A DNA stretch of 64,000 nt, taken from the NCBI RefSeq assembly GCF_006345805.1, contig NC_043000.1, positions 114,700,001-114,764,000 of the forward strand. The letters run 5' to 3'. The stretch comes from Octopus sinensis. Taxonomy: Eukaryota. The translations under genes and the position numbers were made by a program. Shown in pieces: positions 12,889 through 25,709 of the stretch (position 1 is its first letter; each line of letters begins with the position of its first letter). The notes beneath the pieces were generated by a model that saw only the letters and a program-made list of their open reading frames with translations, ran no database searches and had not been told where the DNA came from.

Positions 12889-13517
12889 GGGTGGAGTGAA
12901 AATAAAAAATTGTGGAAGTTGAAAATGCTTGAGGCCTAAATTCTTGCTGTATATTATTGCTAGAAAAATGCTAAATTTCTGCTTAGACCAGTCAGGGGCA
13001 TTTACTCCCTCAAGCCCCCTAAACTATGAAAATGGGGAAATTTTGTAAAGTTTTTACAATATCGGAGTTTGGGGTCTTTGAGGGAGTAAATGCTCTTGAC
13101 TGATCTAAGCACTTTTCTAGTAATAATATACAGAATGATTTTAGGCCTCAGGCATTTTCAAATTTCTATTTTCACTCCACCCTAACATACTGTATGTGCA
13201 GGTATATAGATTATGTGGAATGAAGTAAAAAATTGTGGAAATTGAAAATGCTTGAGGCCTAAAATCTTGCTGTATACTATTGCTAGAAAAATGCTAAATT
13301 TCCGCTTAGACCAGTCAGGGGCATTTACTCCCTCAAGCCCCACAAACTCCACTATTGTATAAAATTTACAAAAATCTCCCATTTTCATAGTTTGCGTGGC
13401 TTGAGGAAGTAAATGCCCTTAATTGATCTCAGCACAAATTCAGCATTTTTTTAATATAGCAACATTTTAGCCCTCAGGCATTTTCAATTTCCAAAATATT
13501 TTATTTTCACTCCACCC
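12889..13517. mobile_element. Two tandem ~300-bp palindromic MITEs (12889-13182, ~13215-13517)
   Basis: TA-GGGTGGAGTGAAAAT...ATTTTCACTCCACCC-TA with ~130-bp arms. Confidence 0.8.
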
Positions 13518-13954
13518 TAATATGTAGTGCCACATGTTAATACATAGACCTATTGTATACAGATAAGGTAAGATAGGGTTAGTATAGTTAGTGCCCAACC
13601 AAAATAGTCTAAACTGTGTATAAGATGATTGCTAACAAAGAATTCTAAGTGATTAGAATTTCCTGGTTCTCTACAATTTGTTATCACCAACCTTACCATT
13701 TAATTTTGATGCAGAGCATGCCACTGGGTATTTAGCTCTGGTTTCTAAACATTGTCATGTTGTGCTGACATGACAAAATATGTTGCTAAGACATCAGTGT
13801 TGAAGATATTTAAGTGTCACAAAACTGTACACAGACCAAGGGGCTCAGAAGAAAGTGCATTGTGGCCTTAGATAAGTTCCAAACAGCTAGCTACCTCTAC
13901 CTAAAGAGTGAAAGTTGGTGAGTGTATATGTATGCACGTGTACATAAATGTATT

Positions 13955-14680
13955 GGTGCAGGTATAGCTGTATTTTAAGAAGCTTGATTCCGAACCACAT
14001 GGTTCCAAGTTCGGTCTCAATGTGTGGCAGCCGGGGCAAGTGTCTTCTACGATTGCTAGGGGCCAAGCAAAATCCTGTAAGTGGATTTGGTAGAGGGAAA
14101 TTGAAAGAAGCCTGTCATATATATTTATATTTATGTGTGTCTGTGTCCAGTGTTGGTGTGTTCACATCCCTGTAACTTAGCAGTTCAGCAAAAGAGACTG
14201 ATAGAAAAAGTACTGGGCTCAATTCATTCAGCTAAAACTTCTTCAAAGCACTGCCCCAGCATGGCCGCAACCTGATGACTGAAACAGTAAATGACAGAAG
14301 ATAAAAGATATACATATAATAGGCACAGGAGTGTTTCCGGGTTCAGTCCCATTGCATGGCACCTTGTGCGAGTGTCATCTGCTATAGCCTCAAGCCTACC
14401 AAAGCCTCATGAGTGGATTTGGTAGACAGAAACTGAAAGAAGGCCATCGAATGTGTGTATGTGTGTGTGTGTGTTTGTGTGTCTGTGTTTGTTCCCCACC
14501 CCCAACATCACTTGACAACCAATGCTGGTGTGTTTACATCCCTGTAACTTAGCAGTTCGGCAAAAGACACTGATTGAATAGGCTTACAAAGAATAAGTCC
14601 TGGGGTCAATTTGTTTGACTAAAAGGCAGTGCTCCAGCATGGCCACAGTCAAATGACTGAAACAAGTAAAAGAATAAAAG
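13955..14680 (+). mobile_element. Two tandem SINE family A copies
   Basis: Approximately 13955-14300 and 14320-14680. Confidence 0.75.
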
Positions 14681-15059
14681 AATAGATGGATAGATAGATA
14701 GATAGATAGATGGAAGTATGAATGGGTAGGTGGGGCTGAATGGCGGGAGATTTATACCCACCATATTCTTATAGGATTCAATTAGAGGGAGATTTGACTA
14801 TCATCTCCAGCTGTTTGAGCAGTCACATATCAACCATGAATACACACACCCTATAAGCTGGTTGATAACAAGGATAATCTTATGTCAACTGCTGACATGG
14901 AACCAGAGATGGTCTCAGGTGGGTTGAGGGGGTCAGGGATGGTCCCTGCATTGAAAGGGTCCACTGGCTTATATTCAATGACCATATCTTTACCCACACC
15001 TTACACCCCCCCACACACACACATTGTCTTCTAGTTTGTTCATATTGCCATACCTGTAT

Positions 15060-15675
15060 GTTCTTTCATTCTTTTACCTGTTTCAGACATTTGACTGTGG
15101 CCATGCTGGAGCATCACCTTCAAGGTCTTTTTTTAAAGTCAAACAAATCGACTCCAGGGCATATTTTTCAAGACTAGTACTTATTCTATCGTTCTCTTTC
15201 ACAGAACCGCTAAGTTACAGGGACGTAATCACACATGCACCAGTTGTCGAACACAGACACACACATAGATATACATACATATATTCTTTTATTCTTTTAC
15301 TTGTTTCAGTCATTAGACTGTGGCCATGCTGGAGCACCGCCTTTAGTCAAACAAATCGACCCCAGGACTTTTTCTGTGTAAGCCTAGTACTTATTCCATT
15401 AGTCTCTTTTGCCGAACTGCTAAGTTTTGGGGAAGTAAACACACCAACATCGGTTGTCGAGTGGTGGTGGTGGTGGGGACATACACATACACATAAATAT
15501 ATATATATATATATATACATACAACAGGCTTCCTTCAGTTTCGATCTACCAAATCTACTCACAAGACTTCAGTTGGCCCAAGGCTACAGTATAAGACACA
15601 CTTGCCCAAGGTGCTATGCAGTGGGACTGAACCTAGAACCATGTGGTTGGGAAGCAAGCTACATACATACAAACA

Positions 15676-15706
<31 letters not shown>

Positions 15707-15872
15707 ATACACAATGGGCTTCCTTCAGTTTCCATCTACCAGATCTACTCACAAGGCTTTAGTAAGCCCAAGGCAATAGTATAAGACACACTTGCCTAAG
15801 ATGCCACGCAATGGGACTGAACCCAGAACCATGTGGTTGGGAAGAAAGCTTCTTACCACACAGCCACACTTG
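15060..15872 (-). mobile_element. Cluster of three SINE family A pieces
   Basis: 3' half at 15060-15270, near-full copy at 15287-15660, 5' half at 15710-15872. Confidence 0.75.
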
Positions 15873-16358
15873 TGCCTGTGTGTAGGTAAGCCTGTATGTA
15901 TGTTTCACATAACAGATGGTTCTACACCATATAAGGCCAACACACACACACATACACCAATGTACCTCTCCTCCTCTTCCACCTCCTGCTCCTCCTCCAC
16001 CTACTCTACCCTAGGTTTACTGACATTGAAGCCAGCCAGAGGAGGGAGGTGAGAATTCTTTAAGCATTGTTGTCATGTCATTGGCAATAGTCACCCTGGC
16101 CTGTTAAAGGATGCACCAGTCCACCACTACCACCATCGCCACTACCATTACTACCATAGTGACCACCACTGCTGACTATTGCAATTGTTAATTTTATATT
16201 GCTCTTCAGGATGCAAGACTAAAATAGTGTAGTAAGATGCCAGTGGTGGTGGTGGTGGTGGTGGTGGTGGTAATAATGTTGTTATTAGTGTGGGGTGGAG
16301 CTTGTGGTGGTGATGGTGATGGTGAGGTAATTGTGTTACACCAATGAGGTGGAAATAG

Positions 16359-19300
16359 TGGTGGTGGTGATGGCTTGTGGAATTTGCTTCAAGATGCAAT
16401 GTAACAGAAACAATGATTATTTTTTTTCAAGGTTGTCAGTGGTGGATTGGATGGTAGGGTGAGGGTGGAAATGGTGGCACAGTGACAGACTGTGTGTGTG
16501 TAAGTGAGAGAGAGAGACAGACAAATAGATAAAAAAGAGAGACAGAGAGACAGACAGATAAAAGAGAGAGAAACAGACAGACAGATAAAAGAGAGACAGA
16601 CAGACAGACAGATAAAAGAGAGAGAGAGAGACAGACAGACAGATGAAAGAGAGAGAGAGTGAGTGAGTGGAACAGAGAGAACAGAGGAAGTTTTAAAACA
16701 AAAAGGAAGCAGAAAGAGAGAGAGGGAGTAGGAAGAGGGAGGAAGAAGGAGTAACAATGAGGGAGGAGTGGGAAAAAGAAATGAAACAGAGGCGGCGGCG
16801 GCGGCGGCGGCGGCGACAGCAGCAGTGAGAATTCTCATCCCAATGGAATCTTGTTCTAATTTATTTATTTCTTCCTCCTCTTCCTCACCACCAAACAAAC
16901 GCCTTCATCCTTTTTTGATATCACAGATGGATCAAGTGCACAGCTGCTGCTGCTGCCGCTGCTACTGCTGCTGCTGCCGCTGCTACTGCTGCTGCTGTTG
17001 CTGTCTCGCTTGACTCTCAATCCTCAACATCAACTTCACATTGATATTACCCCCCCCCCGCCATCGTCACTACCACCACCTCCGCCATCGCTGCCACTAC
17101 CACCACCACCACTGCCACTACCATTGGTGCATCATGCACCTAAGCTGACAGACAGGAAAGTGGTATGCCATAGATGGTAGGTCGTGGAAGAGTAGAAGGG
17201 TGTTGAGTGGAAGACCGAGGATGGTATGTCATGGAGCCGATGGTAGTGACCATAGGGGTGGAGTGAAAGATGGAAGTATGTGGGGTCGTGGTGAAGGTAT
17301 GGACCCCTCCACATCTACAATCTCATCACTATGTAAAAGATGGCGGTTGTTTAACTCCAGATCAGCCCTCATCAAACAGACCTATAATCAAAGTTACACC
17401 AAGTGTGACCATCCCATCTTTTATGCCTGTACAGTACCTAAGACTACAACAGTGGGTCTCAACTGGGGTCTACATGACCCTTTGGACTCCTTACAAAATT
17501 TGTTGTTCAAATTTACCTGGTTATACTTCTACTATATACAAAATATTTTTTTTTATTATTTTCTACATTTCCTAATAATATTTCGTTATAAAAATATAAT
17601 GGTATTTTTTTAAAACTTCAAACGGTTACAGAGGTCCAATAGTGTAAAATTGGAATTAAAAGGGTCCTTAGGTAAAAAGGTTGAGGATCACTGGATTACA
17701 ACATTTAACATATCCTTCGCTCTTTAAGACAACAGTATGGTATTTCATGGAGATTTAGCTGCTATTTAATCTCTCCTGTTAATGGTTGCTAATAACAGCC
17801 TTTGTAGTGGTTTTACTGACACCAACCCACAAACAACAATCACCACCACAGTACCACCCACTACAACACAACCACAACACCATAACTACCTCCCCTACCA
17901 CCAGAGAAATAACAAAGTTAGAATACAACAGAGACTAATCAGCAAAGAATACAAAGACATTCTGCCTAGAATTCCATTCTTGGAAACAGATGCGATGGTG
18001 GTGGTGGTGATGGCTTGTGGAATTTGCTTCAAGATGCAATGTAACAGAAACAATGATTATTTTTTTTCAAGGTTGTCAGTGGTGGATTGGATGGTAGGGT
18101 GAGGGTGGAAATGGTGGCACAGTGACAGACTGTGTGTGTGTAAGTGAGAGAGAGAGACAGACAAATAGATAAAAAAGAGAGACAGAGAGACAGACAGATA
18201 AAAGAGAGAGAAACAGACAGACAGATAAAAGAGAGACAGACAGACAGACAGATAAAAGAGAGAGAGAGACAGACAGACAGATGAAAGAGAGAGAGAGTGA
18301 GTGAGTGGAACAGAGAGAACAGAGGAAGTTTTAAAACAAAAAGGAAGCAGAAAGAGAGAGAGGGAGTAGGAAGAGGGAGGAAGAAGGAGTAACAATGAGG
18401 GAGGAGTGGGAAAAAGAAATGAAACAGAGGCGGCGGCGGCGGCGGCGGCGGCGACAGCAGCAGTGAGAATTTCTCATCCCAATGGAATCTTGTTCTAATT
18501 TATTTATTTCTTCCTCCTCTTCCTCACCACCAAACAAACGCCTTCATCCTTTTTTGATATCACAGATGGATCAAGTGCACAGCTGCTGCTGCTGCCGCTG
18601 CTACTGCTGCTGCTGTTGCTGTCTCGCTTGACTCTCAATCCTCAACATCAACTTCACATTGATATTACCCCCCCCCCGCCATCGTCACTACCACCACCTC
18701 CGCCATCGCTGCCACTACCACCACCACCACTGCCACTACCATTGGTGCATCATGCACCTAAGCTGACAGACAGGAAAGTGGTATGCCATAGATGGTAGGT
18801 CGTGGAAGAGTAGAAGGGTGTTGAGTGGAAGACCGAGGATGGTATGTCATGGAGCCGATGGTAGTGACCATAGGGGTGGAGTGAAAGATGGAAGTATGTG
18901 GGGTCGTGGTGAAGGTATGGACCCCTCCACATCTACAATCTCATCACTATGTAAAAGATGGCGGTTGTTTAACTCCAGATCAGCCCTCATCAAACAGACC
19001 TATAATCAAAGTTACACCAAGTGTGACCATCCCATCTTTTATGCCTGTACAGTACCTAAGACTACAACAGTGGGTCTCAACTGGGGTCTACATGACCCTT
19101 TGGACTCCTTACAAAATTTGTTGTTCAAATTACCTGGTTATACTTCTACTATATACAAAATATTTTTTTTTATTATTTTCTACATTTCCTAATAATATTT
19201 CGTTATAAAAATATAATGGTATTTTTTTAAAACTTCAAACGGTTACAGAGGTCCAATAGTGTAAAATTGGAATTAAAAGGGTCCTTAGGTAAAAAGGTTG

Positions 19301-19631
19301 AGGATCACTGGATTACAACATTTAACATATCCTTCGCTCTTTAAGACAACAGTATGGTATTTCATGGAGATTTAGCTGCTATTTAATCTCTCCTGTTAAT
19401 GGTTGCTAATAACAGCCTTTGTAGTGGTTTTACTGACACCAACCCACAAACAACAATCACCACCACAGTACCACCCACTACAACACAACCACAACACCAT
19501 AACTACCTCCCCTACCACCAGAGAAATAACAAAGTTAGAATACAACAGAGACTAATCAGCAAAGAATACAAAGACATTCTGCCTAGAATTCCATTCTTGG
19601 AAACAGATGCGATGGTGGTGGTGGTGATGGC
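16359..19631. repeat. ~1.63-kb direct tandem duplication
   Basis: 16359-17998 and 17999-19615 near-identical. Confidence 0.95.
17450..17693. mobile_element. hAT-type MITE (duplicated at 19068-19310)
   Basis: CAGTGGGTCTCAAC...GGTTGAGGATCACTG; 8-bp TSD gactacaa/gattacaa. Confidence 0.8.
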
Positions 19632-19764
19632 AGTGATAATGATAACAAAGATGGTGGCAATGGTTGCTGTTTAGCCCCAGGCCAGCTCTCACAGAAGAGA
19701 CCTATGATTAAAGTCATTCCAAACATGAAATAGCATCATTTTTTTTTTCTCTTCTCATATAATC

Positions 19765-20000
19765 CTATTCTTTCATTCTTTTACCTGTTTCAGTCATTTG
19801 ACTGTGGCCATGCTGGAGTACTGCCTTTAGTCGAACAAATCCACCCCAGGACTTATTCTTTGTAAGCCTAGTATTTATTTAATCGGTCTGCTCTGCTGAA
19901 CTGCTAAGTTATGGGGATGTAAACACCAGTATCGGTTGTCAAGCAATGTTGGGAGGACAAACACAGACACACAAACATATAAAGACATATACATACATAC

Positions 20001-20032
<32 letters not shown>

Positions 20033-20034
20033 TA

Positions 20035-20109
<75 letters not shown>

Positions 20110-20285
20110 TGTGTGTGTGTGTGTGTATGACAAGCTTCTTTTAGTTTCCCTCTACCAAATTCACTCACAAGGCTTTGGTCGGCCCGAGGCTATAGTAGAA
20201 GACACTTGCCCAAGGTGCCATGCAGTGGGATTGAACCTGGAACCATGTGGTTGGTAAGCAAGCTACTTACCACACAGCCTCTCCT
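19765..20285 (-). mobile_element. SINE family A with expanded internal (TA)/(TG) microsatellite
   Basis: Head and tail intact around a ~150-bp microsatellite. Confidence 0.8.
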
Positions 20286-21037
20286 CCATCTATGTTTACC
20301 TTTTTAAGATGGTGTTGTGAGTTCTAAAGGAGATTTGGCTGCTACCTCTAGCAGGTCAAGCAACCACATATCAGATCCTTTGCACCGGGGACAGTAGTGG
20401 TGATAGTGGTATGTGAGTGATGGTGTGTAGCAAAGGTAATAGTAGTGGTGGTGGTGGTGGACAGAAGGGATTACTGTTTAGCCCCAAGTCAGCCCTGATT
20501 GAGCAGATCCATGATTGATACGTTCCATACATGCCCCTCGTGCCAATTTGCTTGGTACAATATATCCATTGCCAGTATACAAACAGGATGGGGGTCAGAA
20601 ATGGTGATGCTTGTAGATACTAATAAAGGAGGGGAAGGAGGGAGTGTATGAAGAGGTGGGGATATGAATTAAACAATAGATGGAGATGAAGAGAGGACAT
20701 GGCTGGATGTGGGGAGAGTGCTGGAGAGGGAGGGAGTGCGAAAAACACAGTTTACAAATGACCATGGGATTGCACCTAGAAAGTTGCCCTCCAAGGCACA
20801 AGTCCAGGCAAGGTTGTTTATGGAAGACCAGCAGTTGCCCATGCATAGCTGTCTCCCCTCTCTGCGCCACCAATGAGGGCACCACTGATGTTGCAACTCA
20901 CATTGACAGTTGAGTGAACTGGAGCAATGTGAAATAAAGTGTCTTGCTCAAGAACACAACACACAGTCGAGGAGTTGAAGTTACAACCTTACAGTTGTAA
21001 ATCTGATACCTTCACAGCGGGTAATACTTAATATTTA

Positions 21038-21545
21038 CTTGCAGTATCGCTCGGCGTTGCTCGGGTTTCTTTCGACCCTTTAGAATATATATATATATAT
21101 TATATAATATCCGTTCTGTCTCTCTGTGCGTGTGTCTTCTAGGATCTCGAGCATCCTCCATCCGATTGCGCTCAAATTTGATATGTAGATACCGACGGTA
21201 TCAGGGTGTGTATAAGTCTTGAAAAAATTACAAAAATCGATTCCAGGTGAGAATGCGATTGATAAAGCCATGGGAACATGCATTTGTACATGCAAGTACA
21301 TCAGCTGTTGCAATCGATACTATGCGTACATGAGAAAAATGCACGTGCAGTTTGCACAAAAAAAGCCAGCTGGCTTGAAATAATGCCACAAAATGCAGTA
21401 TATTTAAAAGTAAGATGCAAAAGTGATATTTTCTTCAAAGGAAGGAAAGACTATTTGGTTTCTCAAGAAGTTTTTCTTTTTGTCTTAACTTCGTTTAACA
21501 AAACCAAAAATTTTTTTGAAATAAAGGCATGCTTTATTTATTAAT
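21038..21545 (-). mobile_element. Non-autonomous Helitron-like element
   Basis: Minus-strand 3' end cccgagcaacgccgag-cgatactg-caag (decayed hairpin + CTAG); internal atctcgag...ccgatt...aaattt core. Confidence 0.5.
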
Positions 21546-21618
21546 GAAAAGAAAACACTGACTGCTTTTTATTCAGCAGATATGATTCAGCACCGTCCAT
21601 TCTCGTGTGTATATGTAT

Positions 21619-21666
<48 letters not shown>

Positions 21667-21667
21667 G

Positions 21668-21920
21668 GTGGGGGCACATAGCCTAGTGGTTAGAGTAGTA
21701 GACTCACGGTCAAGGGATTGCAAGTTCGAATCTCAGCAGAAGGTAATGGCAAACTTCTGCTGACTCTTTCGCTACAGCTTTCTCTCGCTCTTTCCTCCTG
21801 CATCTTGCAGCTCACCTGTGACGGACCGGCGTCCCATCCAGGTGGGGAACCTATATGCCAAGGAAACTGGGAAACCGGCCCTATGAGCCAGGCATGGCTC
21901 GAGAAGGAACAAAACAACAA
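21668..21920 (+). mobile_element. tRNA-derived SINE with Meta-domain-like centre
   Basis: A/B boxes tagcctagtgg / gttcgaatc; cctgtgacggaccggcgtcccatccagg resembles the MetaSINE central domain from memory. Confidence 0.55.
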
Positions 21921-22207
21921 TATATATATATCTATATAAAAACACATATATATATATTTAAAGTTTGCAATAGGAGCAAGTTAAGATTAAAATCTTTATC
22001 CAAATGAGTGTGGTCATTGCTAGAACCACTGACTGGTCCTCATGCTAGTGGCACGTAAAAGTACCCACTACACTCTTGGAGTGGTTGGCATTGGGAAGGA
22101 CATCCAGCTGTAGAAACTTTGCCAGATCAGATTGAGCTGGTGCAGCCTCTGGCTCACCATTCCTCAGTGAAACTGTCCAACCCATGCCAGCATGGAAAGC
22201 AGACGTT

Positions 22208-22610
22208 AAACAATGATGACGAGGATGATAGAAGTAAAGTTTGTTTTATGGTCTTTGATTGTTATATAGGTCTCTCTTTTTGCTAGTGTTTCAATCCTAT
22301 CCGCTACACCTAGTCTCAAAGTTATTTCTCTGGCCTCATGTTTAAAGCTACCAAAAGCTTGAGGGGTTACCTTCTTGGAAGCTTGTGTGAGGCTGTTATT
22401 AAGTAACTGTGCATAAGTATCTTTTCCTACTCTTCCGAAATTCTTAGTTTTGTCTGAAAAAAGTAAGGTCCTATCAGAAGTCTTAAATCTATGGATATTT
22501 ACCTTAAATTTACCTTGGAAACAAATAAAGGATTTATGGAATTTCAGCCAGGGTACAACGCCCAAGTGAGCCAAGAGACGTAATTTGCGATAACTCTCTC
22601 ACTTCATTGT
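22208..22610 (-). mobile_element. Fragment of a second PLE lineage (N-terminal to RT)
   Basis: EAREITLRLGVADRIETLAKRETYITIKDHKTNF; the ITxKDHKxNF motif is typical of a PLE subgroup. Confidence 0.7.
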
Positions 22611-22869
22611 CTCATGTGACTTCATTTTGTCTTTATCGCAACCCCCACAAACCACATGTAACATATTCTCACCACCAATAACAGAAAACTGTCACCAAAT
22701 TTTTTTCCAAACCTGACATCCCTGAAGAACATGTGTATTAGATAACTGCCCAGTTATCTTATATGTTGTGTGAAACCTATCGTTATCATTGACTGTAATG
22801 GATCAGTTATACCGTATACTTTCGTTAATAATAATACTAATTCTTTCTACCATGGGCACAAGGCCTGAA

Positions 22870-23185
22870 ATTTTGTGGGGAGGGAGTTAATTGGTTGCAT
22901 CCACCCTGGTGCTCAGTTGGTAATTACTGTATCAACCCAGAAAGGGAGAAAGGTATAGTGACCCTCAGCAGAATATGAACTCAGAACATAAAGAACAAGA
23001 AGAAATGCCACTAAACATTCTACCCAAGATGTTAATGATTCTTATTTCTTTATTGCCCACAAGGGGCTAAATACAGAGAGGACAAACAAGAACAGACAAC
23101 CGGATTAAGTCGATTACATCGACCCCAGTGCGTAACTGGTACTTAATTTATCGACCCCGGAAGGATGAAAGGCAAAGTCGACCTT
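22870..23185 (-). mobile_element. SINE family B dimer (one unit degenerate)
   Basis: Same core and tail. Confidence 0.7.
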
Positions 23186-23349
23186 GGCAAGCTGCAGCAC
23201 AGAGGGACTGAACCCAGAACCATATGGTTGCAAAGCAAACTTCTTAACCACATAGCCACGAATGTACCCATTATAAAGAGATACACACTTACATGCATGT
23301 ATATATTTATGTATATACAGAGTATATACGTGTGCGTGTGTATATATAG

Positions 23350-23698
23350 GTTCATTCCCACTGCGTGGCACCTTGGGCAAGTGTCTTCTACTATAGCCTC
23401 GAGCCGACCAAAGCCTTGTGAGTGGATTTGGTAGACGGAAACTGAAAGAAGCCCATAGTATATATATATTTATATATATGTATGTGTGTATATATTTGTG
23501 TCTGTTTGTCCCCCAACATCGCTTGACATCGATGCTGGTGAGTTTACGTCCCAGTAATTTAGCAGTTCGGCATAAGAGACCAATAGAATAAGTACTAGGC
23601 TTAAAAAGAATAAGTTCTGGGGTCGATTTGCTCAACTAAAGGCGGTGCTCCAGCATGGCTGCAGTCAAAATGACTGAACGAATAAAAGAATAAAAGAA
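23350..23698 (+). mobile_element. SINE family A
   Basis: Body and tail (aataaaagaataaaagaata). Confidence 0.8.
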
Positions 23699-23712
23699 TA
23701 TATATATATATA

Positions 23713-24010
23713 CTAGACTACCTGTGACCCATTGGGTCACTGGGAAAGTCTGAGTTTCCCAGGAACGGAGTTTTGTTTTGTGGCTTTTTTTTCCTTTTCC
23801 AGGTTATTTCACATGGTTTCAATAAATATGACATGAAAATTACATGTAAATGGCTCCTTTCTCCGGAAAAGGAAAGATTTGGCTGCTATTTTTTGCACAC
23901 CCTGCTACCATGTAACAGGTATTTTGGGTCCTTTATCACAAATAGCAGCCAAATCTTTGGAGGTGAGATATGTTGATGCACTCGAAAGAAACCTATGGAA
24001 AAAAAATTAT
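23713..24010 (-). mobile_element. Non-autonomous Helitron 3' end
   Basis: Perfect hairpin GTGACCCA-T-TGGGTCAC (23724-23740) 7 nt from the terminal CTAG (23713-23716), followed by T on the minus strand. Confidence 0.65.
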
Positions 24011-24049
24011 TTCACACCGAGGTTACACACACACAAATATATATATATA

Positions 24050-24515
24050 TTCTTTTACTTGTTTCAGTCAATTGGCTGTGGCCATGCTGGCGCACTACCT
24101 TTAGTTACACAAATCGACCCCAGGACTTATTCTATCTGTCTCTTTTGCTGAACTGCTAAGTTACGGGGACGTAAACATGCCAACATCAGTTGTCAAGTGA
24201 TGGTGGGGTGACAAACACAGACTATATATATATATATATATATATCCACACACACACACATACATGTATGTATATATGTATGTATGTATCTATGTATTCG
24301 TGTAGTCTGTGTTTGTCACCTCACCATCAGTTGACAAATGATGTTGGCATGTTTACGTCCCCATAACTTAGCAGTTCAGCAAAAGAGACAGATAGAATAA
24401 GTACTAGGGGTCAATTTGTTTGTCAAAGAATAAGTCCTGGGGTCGATTTGTTTAACTAAAGGTGGTGCCCCAGCATGGCTACAGTCAAATGACTGAAACC
24501 AGTAAAAGAATAAAA

Positions 24516-24518
<3 letters not shown>
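24050..24518. repeat. Inverted pair of SINE A 3' halves
   Basis: 24050-24223 (-) and 24302-24518 (+) around a ~78-bp microsatellite. Confidence 0.8.
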
Positions 24519-24551
<33 letters not shown>

Positions 24552-24981
24552 CAAATCAAAATCAAATCATATATATATATATAAACACATACATAGTGAG
24601 TCACAACCATATTTGTGTGTGTGTGTATGTGTATACATGTGTGTGTGTAGGGAGAATTCACAAATGTATGTATGTATATATATATAATTCAGCCCTTGGA
24701 ACTACATAGACTCTGAAATTCCAACAACAACAAAAAATGTGGAGGGGAAGGACATTCCAGATGCTGATGAAATTCTGACAAAGTATTTACACATACACCT
24801 ACTCATCATTTAACATATACACACATACATACAAGCTCACACACACACACACACACACATATATCCACACACGTACATGCATGAGTGTAGCTGAGTGCAC
24901 TGGCAGACAAAGTATTTGATCTTTTGTGGAGAAATTAGTGGCAACCACACACTTGGTTAGACAACTATTACGTAGTTATAT

Positions 24982-25026
<45 letters not shown>

Positions 25027-25139
25027 GTAATACATATTTAGATGTATAAATGTGTACACTCATATGCAAAGACAGGCCCCACAGATATATATATACATTT
25101 ATACATACACACCTATTTATAAATATAGGTGTGTACATA

Positions 25140-25176
<37 letters not shown>

Positions 25177-25662
25177 GTAAATAGATTAGTTAGTAGATTC
25201 ATTTGAATCTAGGTATATCAACAAGTAGGACACCAGGAGTGGCCGGGTACTTAATACTGAGCTCAGAATAAGGTAAAATCACATTTAGTTGTCAGTTCTT
25301 TTTAGTATACTGCATGTATGTAAGCTACACACACATACACACACATGCAGGTTCCATCTGCCATTTGCAGTCACAAGCTTTGGGTGACAGAAGAAGACAT
25401 CTGCACAAGAGGTGACTATATAGATTGAACTTGTTAACCCCACAGCTAGGCATTATTTTCACATATACACATACATACATCATCATCATCATCATTTAGC
25501 GTCCGTTTTCCATGCTAGCATGGGTTGGACGGTTTAACTGGGGTCTGTGAAGCCGGGAGGCTTCATCAGGCCCAGTCAGATTTGGCAGTGTTTCTACGGA
25601 TGCCCTTCCTAACGCCAACCACTCCGTGAGTGTAGTGGCAGCTTTTTACATGCCACCTGCAC

Positions 25663-25709
<47 letters not shown>

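Noticed and set aside
15024-15779. 251-aa ORF
   Set aside because: Reads through concatenated SINE A copies and microsatellites.
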